Source: Lytechinus pictus (lineage: Eukaryota). Taken from it: a stretch of 64,000 nt of DNA. The stretch lies in the NCBI RefSeq assembly GCF_037042905.1, contig NC_087245.1:37140001-37204000 (forward strand). The letters are read 5' to 3'. The notes under the pieces are model-generated. The model did not search any database. It saw nothing but the letters and a program-made list of their open reading frames with translations, and was not told the origin of the DNA. Position numbers and translations under genes: made by a program. Positions 40,345-52,836 of the stretch are shown here, piece after piece (the first letter of the stretch is position 1; every line of letters starts with the position of its first letter).

Positions 40345-43300
40345 CATATGCTGTATAGTACATGTGTAAAAGACTGTGTTTGGTTGCATGTGCTTGTGCT
40401 TTTTAGTAAGTACAACACAATCAATACTTTTATATCGAAGTATCTTATCGTAATGTCTATTATTAGTTCATTTGCTATGCTTTGCGATTTAAAGGGCTTG
40501 CATGTTCCTCCAATAACCTTTCAATTGTCTCATTATTGCTGGTGCTTGTTGGTTCTTCTTCCACCTCATGGAAATGTATATACATGGAAAATATAGACGC
40601 ATTTTACGTCTTCCCTCGAAGGGTTAATGTCTGTAATATTGCCTAAAATACTTTGCTTATTTTGTTCCTGTTATATAGTCAGCTCTGAATATTCTCCCTC
40701 TTTTTATAATTTGAAGGTTCCTAGGATTTAAGTGCTACTGTATATTTGTTTTCTTTTTGTTTTTGTTTTTGTGTTTGTCGTTATTTGTCTGTATTCGTAT
40801 CTGTCATTCTCGTAATATCATGTCTTGTGTTATTTCGTTTAGCTGATCTGCATACTCCTCCCTATCTCTGGAGATCCCCTAGACATCCTTTGTGATGGCT
40901 GTAAACACAAATGTCCCATTTTCTGATATAGATAATGATGAATTACACGATACTTTCCAGGCTGCCTTTAATTCGAAGTTTGATGAACATGATGAATGTA
41001 AAAATTCTGTTTTTCATGACTCCGTAGCTCAAACTCTCAATGCACAAGCTAATCTTGATTCTCTTTCTGATCCTAATGATAATACGTATCAACATACCCC
41101 CTCGCTCTATTTTACTGATAAACAGATAGCGTCGAAACAACTTGACAACAGTAACTTTCTAATGCTACATTGCAACATTCGCAGTGCCAACAAAAATTTT
41201 GAATCACTTCGTTCCCTTTTATTGAATTCTAAGCTCTTTTGTTCTGTGATAGGTTTGTCAGAAACGTGGTTTTCCCACTCTACTCAACTATCCTTTTATA
41301 CGCTGCCAGGTTATAATTTGGTCACAAATAATAGAATAGGGAAATCAGGTGGAGGCGTTGCTCTTTTTGTATCCCAACAATTCGATTACAGGTTAAGGCC
41401 TGATCTTACTTTAATGAATGATGCTATTGAAACACTTTTTGTTGAAATTCTTATGCCCAACGACAAAAATATTCTGGTTGGAACGATTTACAGGCCGCCT
41501 AACTCCTCCCACGATGACTTTTTAAATACATTCCATGGGTTATTGGCACTCCATGAGATGGTCAATAAAACGTGTTTTTTACTCGGCGATTTCAATATTG
41601 ACTTACTAAAATACGATACTGATACTTTTGTTCAAACTTTTTCGGATGTAATAATGACAGCAGGTTTCCTTCCTTTGATAACCAAGCCAACTCGAATCAC
41701 AGGTACATCGGCTACTCTCATCGACAATATATTTACAAATACCAGAAGTACTCTCTCTACGGGAATAATTCTTTCTGATTTGACGGACCATTTTCCCATA
41801 TTTTCGCATTTTAAACTAGATACCAACGCCACTGAACACAAAGTTGATCATAATACTCGACGTGATTTTTCTGAAAATAATATGAATCTGTTCAATGAAG
41901 AGTTAGGAAATGTTGACTGGTCAGGAATTTACAGTATTCAAAATGCCGAGGATGCATTTGACGCTTTTATGAATAAATTGAATCCATTAATGAATAGCTC
42001 TTTTCCCGTAGTGCGATTCAAACGCTCTAATTACAAAAAGGTTCCAAGGTCCCCATGGATTACACCTAGCATTTTGCGCTCAATAAACAGAAAGAATAAC
42101 CTTTACTTAAAAACTATTTCAAAGCCTTGCGACAGTAATAGAAAAAAGTACACTGACTACAAAAATATTCTGACAGGTATACTGAGAAAATGTAAAAAGA
42201 ATTATTTTCATAATCAATTTGACCTCTATAGAAACGACGTTAAAAATACATGGAAAGTTATAAAAAACGTTATACAAGGTAACTTCAAGGTAACTTCTAC
42301 GCCCACGAAAATAAATGTTGATGGTGAATTGGTAGAGGATCCCCTTGCCTTGGCAAATGTTTTTAATGACTATTTTGCATCCGTAGGCCAAAATCTTGCC
42401 AGCACAATCCCTGCCTCTTCTAAACACTTCACATCTTTTCTTAATGTCCCTAATCCTAATTCGATATATTTCACACCAACAGACGTAAAAGAACTAGCTG
42501 ATATAATTTCTGGACTAAAGAATAAAATGAGTTCAGGATGTGACGATATAAGTAACATTCTCCTGAAAAGAAACCTGATACACATTATTAAACATTTGAC
42601 TTATATCTTTAATTTGTCTCTTTCTACAGGAGTTGTACCTTCTTCATTAAAGCAAGCCCGAGTAATCCCCATTTTTAAAAAAGGCGACAACACCGTGTTG
42701 GGAAATTATCGCCCCATATCATTATTGACATGCCTTTCGAAGGTTTTGGAAAAAGTAATTTTTGTACGCACGACAAAGTTTCTTAATATACATAAATTGT
42801 TTTATCCCCTGCAGTTTGGTTTTCGCGAAAAACATAGTACTACTCATGCCCTGTTGTCAACGATTAATAAGATTGCCAATGGAATTGACAAGTATGAGCA
42901 TACTGTTGGGGTGTTCCTGGACTTCTCCAAGGCTTTCGACACAATCAACCATGATATCCTTTTATACAAGCTTAATTATTATGGAATCAGAGGGATAGCC
43001 TTGGAGTGGTTCAGGAACTACCTCAGCAGTAGGCAGCAATATGTTTCCATAGCAAATGTAGATTCCCCTCCCAAATCTATCTCATGTGGAGTCCCCCAAG
43101 GCTCAATCTTGGGTCCGCTTCTTTTTTTGGTCTACATTAATGATTTTTATAAATCATCAAGTACTTTATCATTCATTCTTTTTGCCGACGACTCAAATAT
43201 ATTTTTTTCTCATAAGGACCCCAAACATTTACTTGACACACTTAATAAAGAATTAAAACTAGTCTCAGAGTGGATCAAAGCCAACAAATTATCGCTTAAT

Positions 43301-44690
43301 CTCACTAAAACAAATTACATGCTCTTCAGCAATATCATTGATGAACTCCCAGGTAACATTATTTTTGATAATATTAATATTCAAAGAGTATTAAGTACGA
43401 AATTTCTAGGAGTAACTATCGACGACAGACTGTCATGGAAAGAACATATAGATAACACATGCAAAATAATTTCACGGAATATTGGAATTATAAATAAAGT
43501 TAAATTCTATTTTCCGACTCGTATATTATTAAACTTATACTCTACGCTGATACTCCCGCATTTGAACTTTTGTATTATTGCATGGGGGAGTTGTGCTGAT
43601 TTTCATTTGAATAGACTTTTACTACTTCAGAAAAAAGCTTTGCGCGTTATTTGCCATTCTCATTATCGGGCACATACGAATGTTCTTTTTAAAACTCATG
43701 GAATTCTTAAGATACATGATCTTTACCATTATAATCTTGGATCTTTTATGTTCAACCTTAGTAAAGATGAACTACCAGACGTATTTTATTCTATGTTCAC
43801 ACGAAATATCAATGTACATCACTACCCTACAAGATCTGCTGGACTTTTCCATTTACCTAGAACGAGGACATTATTAACAAACAAACTGTTTATATCTTCT
43901 GGTATCAAACTTTGGAATTCACTTCCGCAAACTTTACGAAATAAGCCAACTATTCATAGCTTCAATAGAGCACTTAAAAAAAATCTAACCAATAACTATA
44001 ACACTCACATCATTCATCCTACTTAGGATATCTTGTGGATCTTCTGTTCTTCTGGATTCCCCCCTCCCCCACCCTGCCTTTATTTCGCTTCTTTTCCCGT
44101 CTCCTTTCTTTCGCTCTACCTGGTTTTTTTTGGGGTTTTTTTCTTTCCTTCTTCTTTCTTTCTTTCACTCGTTTTTGTCCTTTGTTTTGTTGTTGTCGTT
44201 GTCTTTTTTTTCAATTTGTCTGTTCTTGTAATACTTCGTCTGTCTTGTTTTGGTATAACTTTTTGTCATGTCTTGATCTTGTACCGTTCTGTCACGTCCT
44301 GTTTTCGTAACGTTTTGTCTTGTGTGTCCTTTTCACTTTTTCTTCATATCTTGTAAGATAATCCAGCCTTGTTTATTTTTTACTTGGGAGAATATGTAAA
44401 AAAAAAAAAAAAATACATTTAACAAGGATTTACATATAATTTTTACATATAATTTTTACAAGAAAGATATGATGACTTGTTTATTGTATCTATTTTGAAC
44501 TTCAACAAGAACGATATGATTAGTATATTATATATATATATTGTTTTTTGCATTAAGTCTTATTTATTAAAGGAAACCTTCAATAACAAGCTTTGCTTTC
44601 CAGAAGTTTCCTATTTCATTTCAAAATGTTATATTATATTTTGCTTTACTTTGTAACTTTGTTGAAATTTTGGAATGAATAAATTCGTTG

Positions 44691-44722
<32 letters not shown>
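40345..44722 (+). mobile_element. Non-LTR retrotransposon including UTRs (5' boundary approximate), antisense within the NARS2-like intron
   Basis: ORF above, T-rich 3'UTR, AATAAA at 44678, (CAAT)n tail at 44692-44722. Confidence 0.85.
40892..44026 (+). CDS. LINE (CR1/L2-group) ORF: APE endonuclease plus reverse transcriptase, uninterrupted
   Basis: Endonuclease motifs HCNIRS, GLSETW, IYRPP, LGDFN, TLIDNIF, LTDHFPI; RT motifs NYRPISLL, QFGFR, FLDFSKAFDTI, GVPQGSILGP, FADD, FLGV. Confidence 0.95.
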   Translation: MMAVNTNVPFSDIDNDELHDTFQAAFNSKFDEHDECKNSVFHDSVAQTLNAQANLDSLSDPNDNTYQHTPSLYFTDKQIASKQLDNSNFLMLHCNIRSANKNFESLRSLLLNSKLFCSVIGLSETWFSHSTQLSFYTLPGYNLVTNNRIGKSGGGVALFVSQQFDYRLRPDLTLMNDAIETLFVEILMPNDKNILVGTIYRPPNSSHDDFLNTFHGLLALHEMVNKTCFLLGDFNIDLLKYDTDTFVQTFSDVIMTAGFLPLITKPTRITGTSATLIDNIFTNTRSTLSTGIILSDLTDHFPIFSHFKLDTNATEHKVDHNTRRDFSENNMNLFNEELGNVDWSGIYSIQNAEDAFDAFMNKLNPLMNSSFPVVRFKRSNYKKVPRSPWITPSILRSINRKNNLYLKTISKPCDSNRKKYTDYKNILTGILRKCKKNYFHNQFDLYRNDVKNTWKVIKNVIQGNFKVTSTPTKINVDGELVEDPLALANVFNDYFASVGQNLASTIPASSKHFTSFLNVPNPNSIYFTPTDVKELADIISGLKNKMSSGCDDISNILLKRNLIHIIKHLTYIFNLSLSTGVVPSSLKQARVIPIFKKGDNTVLGNYRPISLLTCLSKVLEKVIFVRTTKFLNIHKLFYPLQFGFREKHSTTHALLSTINKIANGIDKYEHTVGVFLDFSKAFDTINHDILLYKLNYYGIRGIALEWFRNYLSSRQQYVSIANVDSPPKSISCGVPQGSILGPLLFLVYINDFYKSSSTLSFILFADDSNIFFSHKDPKHLLDTLNKELKLVSEWIKANKLSLNLTKTNYMLFSNIIDELPGNIIFDNINIQRVLSTKFLGVTIDDRLSWKEHIDNTCKIISRNIGIINKVKFYFPTRILLNLYSTLILPHLNFCIIAWGSCADFHLNRLLLLQKKALRVICHSHYRAHTNVLFKTHGILKIHDLYHYNLGSFMFNLSKDELPDVFYSMFTRNINVHHYPTRSAGLFHLPRTRTLLTNKLFISSGIKLWNSLPQTLRNKPTIHSFNRALKKNLTNNYNTHIIHPT

Positions 44723-44734
44723 CTTAGAATTAAA

Positions 44735-47092
44735 AACAAGTGGAATGCCTCTGGCGGTCTCACCTGCATCACGCGATTCAATATAGCAGCAGTGCTGATT
44801 TTGAAAACTACTATAACTCGCACAAGATGTTCAGTGATACTTGGTTACTCTTATTTTCACGTTTTATGAACTAGACCCATACACTTGGGCAGGTCCAAGC
44901 TATTTGACTTGTGACGTACGGGACATTTAGAGATTTTAAAGTTGTGTAACATAAAAAATGAATGCATAACAGGGAATCTTTTATGGATTTTGTAAGGCCA
45001 GTCGTGCCCTCTTTATTCATTAAAAAAAATTAGTGATCTATGATTCCATTAACGATGTAATATTTTGATTAATATGCGCTGTGACGTACGGGACCAGAAA
45101 AATGCTGATTTTTTTGAAAAAAAGTTTGTCATTAAAACTCTGAATTGGAATAAGCTGGAAATCTCTCATTTTCATGTTTTCATCTTGTATCTTATCAAGT
45201 TTCATTAGCCATGAATGAAATGATAGAACTCATTGATGTTATTATGTAATAGCTCAAAATATAAACATCCGCGCTGTGACGTACGGGACATGTGACGTAC
45301 GGGACATTTGTCCATGTGTAAAATGAATGGGGAAAGTGAAATTTCATCAAAATTTATAATTAACTTGATGTAAACCAAAGTAAGTTCAGTTTTACATGGA
45401 TTATCATGATTGATATATATTTCTTTAATAGCATACACTGAAACTAAACATAGCAAACACTTTACGACCTTCTAAATATTATGAAAGATGTCTTGCAAAT
45501 AATTCCATGTGTTAAACGATATGGGGAAAATGAAATTTCATCAAAATTTATAATTAACTGGATGTAAACCAAAGTAAGTAAATTTTACATGGATTATTAT
45601 GATTGATATATATTTCTATTATAGTATATGATTAAACAAAACATAAAAAAACTTTATGACCTTATAATTATGAAAGATTTAATTAATGACTTAAATAATT
45701 AATAATAATTAATGTTATTTATTACAAATCATGACTTTATTATCAGCCTTTTACCAATATTCAACCACTGACATAACATTATTTATCTCAATTTACAATA
45801 TCTTTGCTCCTTATTGAAAAATTACCCTAATTAGAATTACATAGAAATCCTATGGTGTGTCCCGTACGTCACACATTTGTCCCGTACGTCACAAAGCTTA
45901 ATTAGCTGATATAATTAAACATGAAATTAATTCAGTCAATTCAATTTAATTTTTGGATGTATAGTAATATGAATTAGAACTCTCCAAAGTGTGAAGAAAA
46001 CTATTCAACTTTTTCTTAATTAAAATCTAAAAAAACATATGCTAAATTGTGACGTACGGGACACTGCCTGTTGGACACCAGATAATTAACTTTACTAATT
46101 AATTTTCAAAATCATTTTTTTTCTCAAATGTTTGCATGAACTTAGCACAAGTCCCCACAGAAATATTTTCAAATATATAATTTGCATTATCTGCAGATCA
46201 AAAAATGTGATGTCCCGTACGTCACGCTAATTGTGACCTTGGCATTCATTAACTTTACGTTTTCAGAAGAAAAAAAATATAGGGCAAAAAACTTCAGAGT
46301 ATAAGCTTTAAAATGACGTACAATATGTAAGATTTAGGCAAAGATTTAATTTTGGCTTCAGAGGGGACAATAGCTTGGACCTGCCCACTTACAGAGATAT
46401 AATGGTAATTCAACAAATACCCCCAACGTGGCCAAAGTTCATTGACCTTACATGACCTTTGACCTTGATCATGTGACCTGAAACTCGCACAGGATGTTCA
46501 GTGATACTTGATTACTCTTATGGCCAAGTTCCACGAGTCAGATCCATAAATTTTTAAAGTTATGATGGTAATTCAACAGATACCCCCATTATGGCCAAAG
46601 TTTATTGACTTTTGACCTTGGTCATGTGACCTAAAATGCGCACAGGATGTTCAGTGATACTTGATTACTCTTATGTCCAAGTTTTATGAACTAGACCAAC
46701 ACACTTTCAAAGTTATGATGGTAATTCAACAAATACCCCAATTCGGCCAAAGTTCATTGACCCTAAATGACCTTTGACCTTAGTCATGTGACGTGAAACT
46801 CATGCAGGATGTTCAGTGATACTTGATTAACCTTATGTATAAGTTTCATGAACTAGGTCTATATATTTTCTAAGTTATGATGACATTTCAAAAACTTAAC
46901 CTTAGGTTAAGATTTTGATGTTGATTCCCCCAACATGGTCTAAGTTCATTGACCCTAAATGACGTTTGACCTTGGTCATGTGACATATACTTTTTAAGTT
47001 ATGCTGTCATTTAAAAAATTTTGGTGTTGACGCCGCCGCCGTCGGACAAGCGGCGTCTATAGTCTCACACTGCTATGCAGGTGAGACAAAAA
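44735..47092. mobile_element. Helentron/HINE-like non-autonomous element with an internal ~125-bp tandem array, interrupted by a TIR element
   Basis: subTIR gtctcacctgca (44757) vs tgcaggtgagac (47076); terminal hairpin gtctcac..gtgagac followed by an A-run; repeats of gatgttcagtgatacttgattactcttat. Confidence 0.65.
44887..46386. mobile_element. 1.5-kb non-autonomous DNA transposon with 4-bp TSD (Sola-like)
   Basis: ACTT|gggcaggtccaagctatt ... aatagcttggacctgccc|ACTT; multiple internal tgtgacgtacgggac motifs in both orientations. Confidence 0.8.
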
Positions 47093-47352
47093 CTAGATTG
47101 TTTCTACCCATCCAAAGTCTGAGATAAACGACATGGATTCTCGACTACACTTAGTAAACATTATGCCTACACCATTTCCAGATATGAACTTGTTGCGATG
47201 GCTGAGTCCACTGCTTAAAACAGCAGATTCACGAATAAAATAGCATGCTCAACCATGGCAATAGGCATCAATCTGGCGCATTGTGATGAAAACACATTAT
47301 CAGCGTTGGATTTTTTATCTTTACTCAGTAAATGAAGCGTAATATTTTATAT

Positions 47353-47753
47353 GGGCGATTCCATAAAATGATCAACATTTTTATACGTCCGACCCCCATT
47401 TTTCTCAAGTCTTACTTCACTTCATAAACTGACCAAATCTTGGTCCTTTGAGAACATTACAGACTGTCATAAAAGTGTATTTCATAATAAAATGCACAAT
47501 GCTCTTGCAGATGAAAAAAACAACATTTAAACATGTGTATATCTCACCCTGGTTTTAACAAAATGATTGAAAAAAAAACAAGTTACCTGAAATTACATTG
47601 ATCTAAAAACCAGATTTTTTTTTTTTTTTTACAAAAACATATCTTTTCAAGAACAAACGTACTGCCGTATTTTGGTTGCAAAAACATACTAAATACGCCA
47701 AAACGTACTGGTTGGCAGGTCTGGGTCGGACTAACATATATATGGAATTGCCC
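47353..47753. mobile_element. MITE with 4-bp TSD ATAT; related pieces at 39456-39611 and from 63678
   Basis: atat|gggcgattccata ... tatggaattgccc|atat. Confidence 0.7.
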
Positions 47754-48939
47754 ATATACAGGAAATCTGCATATGCCACGGGTTCAACCAGTGGTTCTCA
47801 AAACTACCTTTGTGAATTAGGGCTATTGTCTCTGGCACCACCTGAAGTGGGCGAAGGCATATAACAAACAAATTTAGATTTTCAGACTAAGATTCAAGCT
47901 TTATTATACTTTATCATGAGAAAACTAAGATATTTAATATTTTTTTAAATAAAATACAAAAGAAATAGCGAGTGGCTGACGTCATCAATTACTTCATTTA
48001 CATACATAGATTAGCAAAACTTTAAAATGTCATAGCTTTCTTATTTTTATATCAGATTTTAATGAAATTTTCAGCATTAAGCTTGCGTGATTCTCCTCTC
48101 TCATTTCAAATAAACTTTTTTTGTTGGGGTGGACATTCCCTTGTATGGTAGAAGGCCTATCTACTTACTCATGGTGTGAATTCAAATTGATCTTTATGTC
48201 TGTATAATATTGAGATGGCTTCTGTATACAAGAGTCTGTAAAAAAAAGAGCATAAAAAGAAGTCACATAAATAAGTGATAAACATATATAAGTATTTTCA
48301 TTAAATTGGGGCCAAAAATGTGACATTTCAGCATAATTTGATACTAATTATACTACAGTCTTATGAAGACCATATATTTAATGGAAATTTTGAGACTCTC
48401 AGAATCATTTTTTATGAACTTATTGAGCAAAACCTGCTGACATGGGCATGGTGTCCAAGTAGCACTGATATATTTACATACCGTCCTAAAAGTCAAATCA
48501 TAGCAATTAGGGTGACCAAATCTTTAAACAATATGCACATTTACTCGTTAAGCCAGGCTCCTAAATATCTCAGATTTTCTATGCATAGTTCTATTTTTAG
48601 AAAAAAAATAAAAAATCTCAAACTTGTCACTATGCTTTTCAGAGTCCACCAAAAGGCGTATAAATATATTTAAATCAAATAAGTTTACATCAAGTGTATG
48701 TGGACTTTTGGCCCCAAATGTACAGTGTGCACAAAAGTTTGAGAACGAAACCACAAAATGCACTCCTGAATGTTGAATGTAGACAACAACACTACAATGT
48801 TCGGCAAGCCCAGAGAAAGAAGCTGTATTGAATGTGATATTTTATCACCTGACGTCACAATTAAATATCTGAAACATGACAGAACGTGCACACTTCAAAT
48901 TGTTTAATTTCCAGTGGGGTTCACTAACTTTCGGGTGGG

Positions 48940-50745
48940 GTATTCCACATCTTCAGCATTACTTCAAATTTTATTCAAAGTATTAATAGTGTTATCGAAA
49001 TGAAAGGTGTATCAATTGGCTTGTTTTTAGATTTACAGAAAGCGTTGACCATAGAATACTCATGAAAAAAGGAATAAGGGGAAAAATTTGGGATCTTTAT
49101 CTTTTAAACAATTATTTAAGTCATAGACAACAATTTGTAACTTTAAATAGTCAACAATCTAATTACAAGGACGTAAGGTGTGAAGTGCGCCAAGGTTCTA
49201 TCCTCGGGCCCCTTTTATTTACTTTGTATATGTAAATGATCTGTGCAATGTGAAATTGAAATATATTTTATTTGCCGATGATACAAATATTTTTACATGT
49301 ATGTCACATGATAATATTGATGTTCTGTAAGTGCAATTTAATAATGAATTAAAAAAGGTGACTTCTTGGTTGACCATTAATAAATTATCTGTAAATATTT
49401 CTAAAACACAGTATATGGTTTTTACAAATAAAAAAAATGCATTGACAATCTGCAGGTGCAATTAGCAAATGCTAGTGTTGCAGCGCTGAGTGCGGTCCCT
49501 GTAAGCATGCCGTCATTTTTATTCGCTTACTTTCCTTATTTCGAGGTCGATTTTCTTCGTTCGAAATTGAAAATGGACTAACATTGGATTACAGAATACA
49601 ATATGCCTTTGAAAACGTGATTAAATATGGAATACAATAATTTCATTCCGAAAGTCCTACTACAGACAGAGAAGTCTTACGTAATAGCACAGCTGTTGTT
49701 TATCTTTTCGTCCTTTGCTCAATGCTCATATACTGGCCTGTGGAGGTGAAATTGAGACAGCGGGGATAACCCCTGGATTACCTGGCCAAGCGCGGTTGAT
49801 AAGGGCTTGGAAATGATTTTTAAGAGATCCAAATGGAAAATGGGGTATAACACCGCAGTTTGCAATCTGAACTGCGATCTTTCTACAAATGGGGGTTTGA
49901 CGTAATGGTAAATTGCTATGGGTTCCTCATATTGATTTGTAATAGAATTTATAAAATCATAAGCATTTTGTACAGATTATGCAATTATCCAATTAATGTT
50001 TTACGAAATATTTATTACGCACTTGTTGCACCCTTTTTAAGTTACAGTATTCTTGCCTGGGGCAGTGCTTCTTATTTACACCTGGATAGAATTTTGAAAC
50101 TTTAAAAATGTGCAATAAGACTTGTTAACCATTCATCTTTTTATGCTCATACAGAACCAATTTTTAAGTCTCAGAGGATTTAAAAATTTTATGACATTTA
50201 TAATTATGAAACTGCAATTTTTATGTATAACTGTTATAAGTATCTTTCACCTCAGTCAATATGTAACTATTTTCTTTTAAATCGTAACGTACATAATTAT
50301 ACAACCAGGGGCAATAATGATTTTCATATTCCTAAAGTAAGAACAAAATTATTTCAAAATTCATTTTTTTATAGGGGACCATTAATTTGGAATACTTTAT
50401 CAAAGGAACTTGAGGACAGTTGCTCTCTTAACGTTTTTAGGACAAATTGTAAATACCAAGTCATCACTACTTATTCATTTTCTACTTTTGATTTTTGATT
50501 ATTTTGATATTTTGATTGTTTGGGTAAGTTGGGTAATTCTTTCCCGTTTTCTACTTTAATTGTTCAAATATGTTATTTTATTTGGGTCGGCCGTACATAA
50601 GGTTAATTTCTTTTTGGCTGCTACCCTTTCAGTATAATACTTTATTTATGTCTATGACTGTCTGATTTATTTCATGTTTGTACTACTTGTATTGTTTTTA
50701 TAGTGAAAAAAATAAACTGAATTGAAAAATTGAATTGAATAATAA
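48940..50745 (+). mobile_element. Decayed CR1-like LINE 3' fragment with stops and frameshifts; unrelated insert at ~49465-49920
   Basis: Remnants FLDLQKA, QGSILGPLLF.LYVNDL, FADDTN, YSILAWG, HNYTTRG, RGPLIWNTL; aataaa plus (gaatt)n tail. Confidence 0.85.
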
Positions 50746-51350
50746 CAAATTTACAATAACAGTTCAAAGCTAAAGAAACCCTTCAATCTGATTGGCTGAT
50801 GGTAAACTTGTTGTAGAAATTGTGCATTTGTTATTATAACAAGTCCTTACGAAACAGGACCCCAGATGGTCCCTGTGCATTGCGATTGGAATGACATCTT
50901 TCAATTTCACCAGTGTTTCCACAGATCAAAAAAAAAATTTACCGAAACCGACTAAAAACCTTCCTGAAATTCAGACATTTCCTGGAATTTTCAAACTTTA
51001 TTTTTAGCGAAAATCGCACATTAACAAAGCAAGCCTAAACTTTGTCTAAGAGACCAAAATCAAGGAATATAACCTTTTTTGTTGAATGCACTTTTGCTAG
51101 CGGCCTGCGAGCTACGTATGAGGTAACCCAGGGTCAGGGAGCTCCCTGGGTTACGTATGACATGAGGCAAAAAATTCATATAACAACATGAAGTTTAATT
51201 GTAGTTTAATTGTAATTTTATGATTTCCACAAATTCCTGAATTTTTTTCATTTCTCAAAAATTACCTGAAAATGATCTGCATTTCCTGTAATTCTGTTAT
51301 TTCCTTCAAAGTGGAAAAACTATCTTTCACTGAACCAAAATCCAACTCAC

Positions 51351-51458
51351 CGCATGTTTGGTTCCTTCGTTGATTCTATCCCCAATAAATTGGACATTCT
51401 AGCTCCTTTGTGCATACCATGTGTAGACAGCAACTGATTTCACAAAGTCTTCCATGAC
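51351..51458 (-). pseudogene. NARS2: Probable NARS2-like upstream exon with in-frame stop
   Basis: ttgcag|GTC ATG GAA GAC TTT GTG AAA...CAT GCG|gtgagt; VMEDFVKSVAVYTWYAQRS*NVQFIGDRINEGTKHA resembles the AsnRS segment after motif 2; TAG at 51399-51401. Confidence 0.55.
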
Positions 51459-51664
51459 CTGCAACAACAAGGAGTAATGTTCATAAGATAATGAAGCAAT
51501 GGGGCCTACTGATAGTAAAACAGGTTATGAGAATAAGTAGACTTTGAATGTTTGGATGTGCCAGAAGAAAAAAAAACACCCACTGGCTCAAGAAACAAGA
51601 CGGATCTAAGGGTGTGCTAAATGTCGATTCCCGATTCTCAAATATAAGCGGCAACCAACGAACG

Positions 51665-52836
51665 TAGAGGGCAGCAACACACAAGCGTGTTGCTTAGCTC
51701 TAAGGAAGGTCAACTCCGCTCAAATTTTGTGACCAATCTAAAAAATAAGGTGGGGTTTTGGGAAATTTGTCGAGTTGATTTTTTTTCATTTGTTAATTTC
51801 AAATATTTTTTAATGAACAATTATTAGATCGGTTATTCTAAATATAAATATTAAAGATATTACTTTTATTTTTAAAGAAAATAATAAGCTTAAATAATCA
51901 TGATTTTGACATTTTTCCTCATTTTGGAATATTAAGTCTATGACGAGGATACCTCATATCTCTTATTTTCTTCTGCTGAATTTCGCTGCACCACTAATAA
52001 ATGCATAGACAACCACCGTATTAATCGAGGTCATTTTTCTGGCCTGGGTGCGCCGAGTCTGGGCCGGTCGCGCAGCTAGCTAGTGACGTTGATGATGCGC
52101 TGGGGCTTCAGGCGACTCGTCATAGACCTTCTAGCAACATAGACAATGACGTCCAATTTGCCTAGTCTGATTTGAAGTGCAATTGCTTCAGGGCTGATGT
52201 TTATCAACGATGATTGTTCAAGGTTAGATTTCAAATTTTTAATTTCATTCGACTTTTAAATCTATAAATCTGAAATAAAGGCGCTGTTTCCCCGAAATCC
52301 GGGTCTAAATTTCAACTTCGAGTCCGAGACTATGGACGGCGAAAAAACCCCATGCATCGGATGCATTGCATTGGCTGCGCGCTGCGCTGCAGCTGCACTG
52401 TGATGATGGGTTCAGCGAAGAGCTCAGAGAAAATAAGGTGGTCATATTCAATCCCGAAATGCTTTGCGAGTGGTCACAAAATCGTCTCGACGCAAATCAC
52501 CTAATACAGCCGTCTGGTGAAATCGCTGATAACAACAATCACCGATTTGGTAATGATTTAGTTTCTAAAACTTATATTTGTAAAGTTTTAAATATCAACG
52601 TATGTTTTTAAATGTATGTATATTCTCCAACATAATTTTTTAATGTTATCTTTGATATCGTTGTAGTCATATTCTTTCATATTGTTTTCGTGATCGCTAC
52701 TAATTTGTTGTTGTATTGGATCGGCGTATGATTTAGTTGGCATAAATGATTAAATATGCGCGTACCTCAGCTGCATGCGCGTATCGAGTTGACCTTCCTT
52801 AGAGCAACACGCTTGCTTGTGTGTTGCTGCCCTCTA
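51665..52836. mobile_element. Non-autonomous DNA transposon with ~50-bp compound TIRs
   Basis: tagagggcagcaacacacaagc..taaggaaggtcaactc / gagttgaccttccttag..gcttgtgtgttgctgccctcta. Confidence 0.8.
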
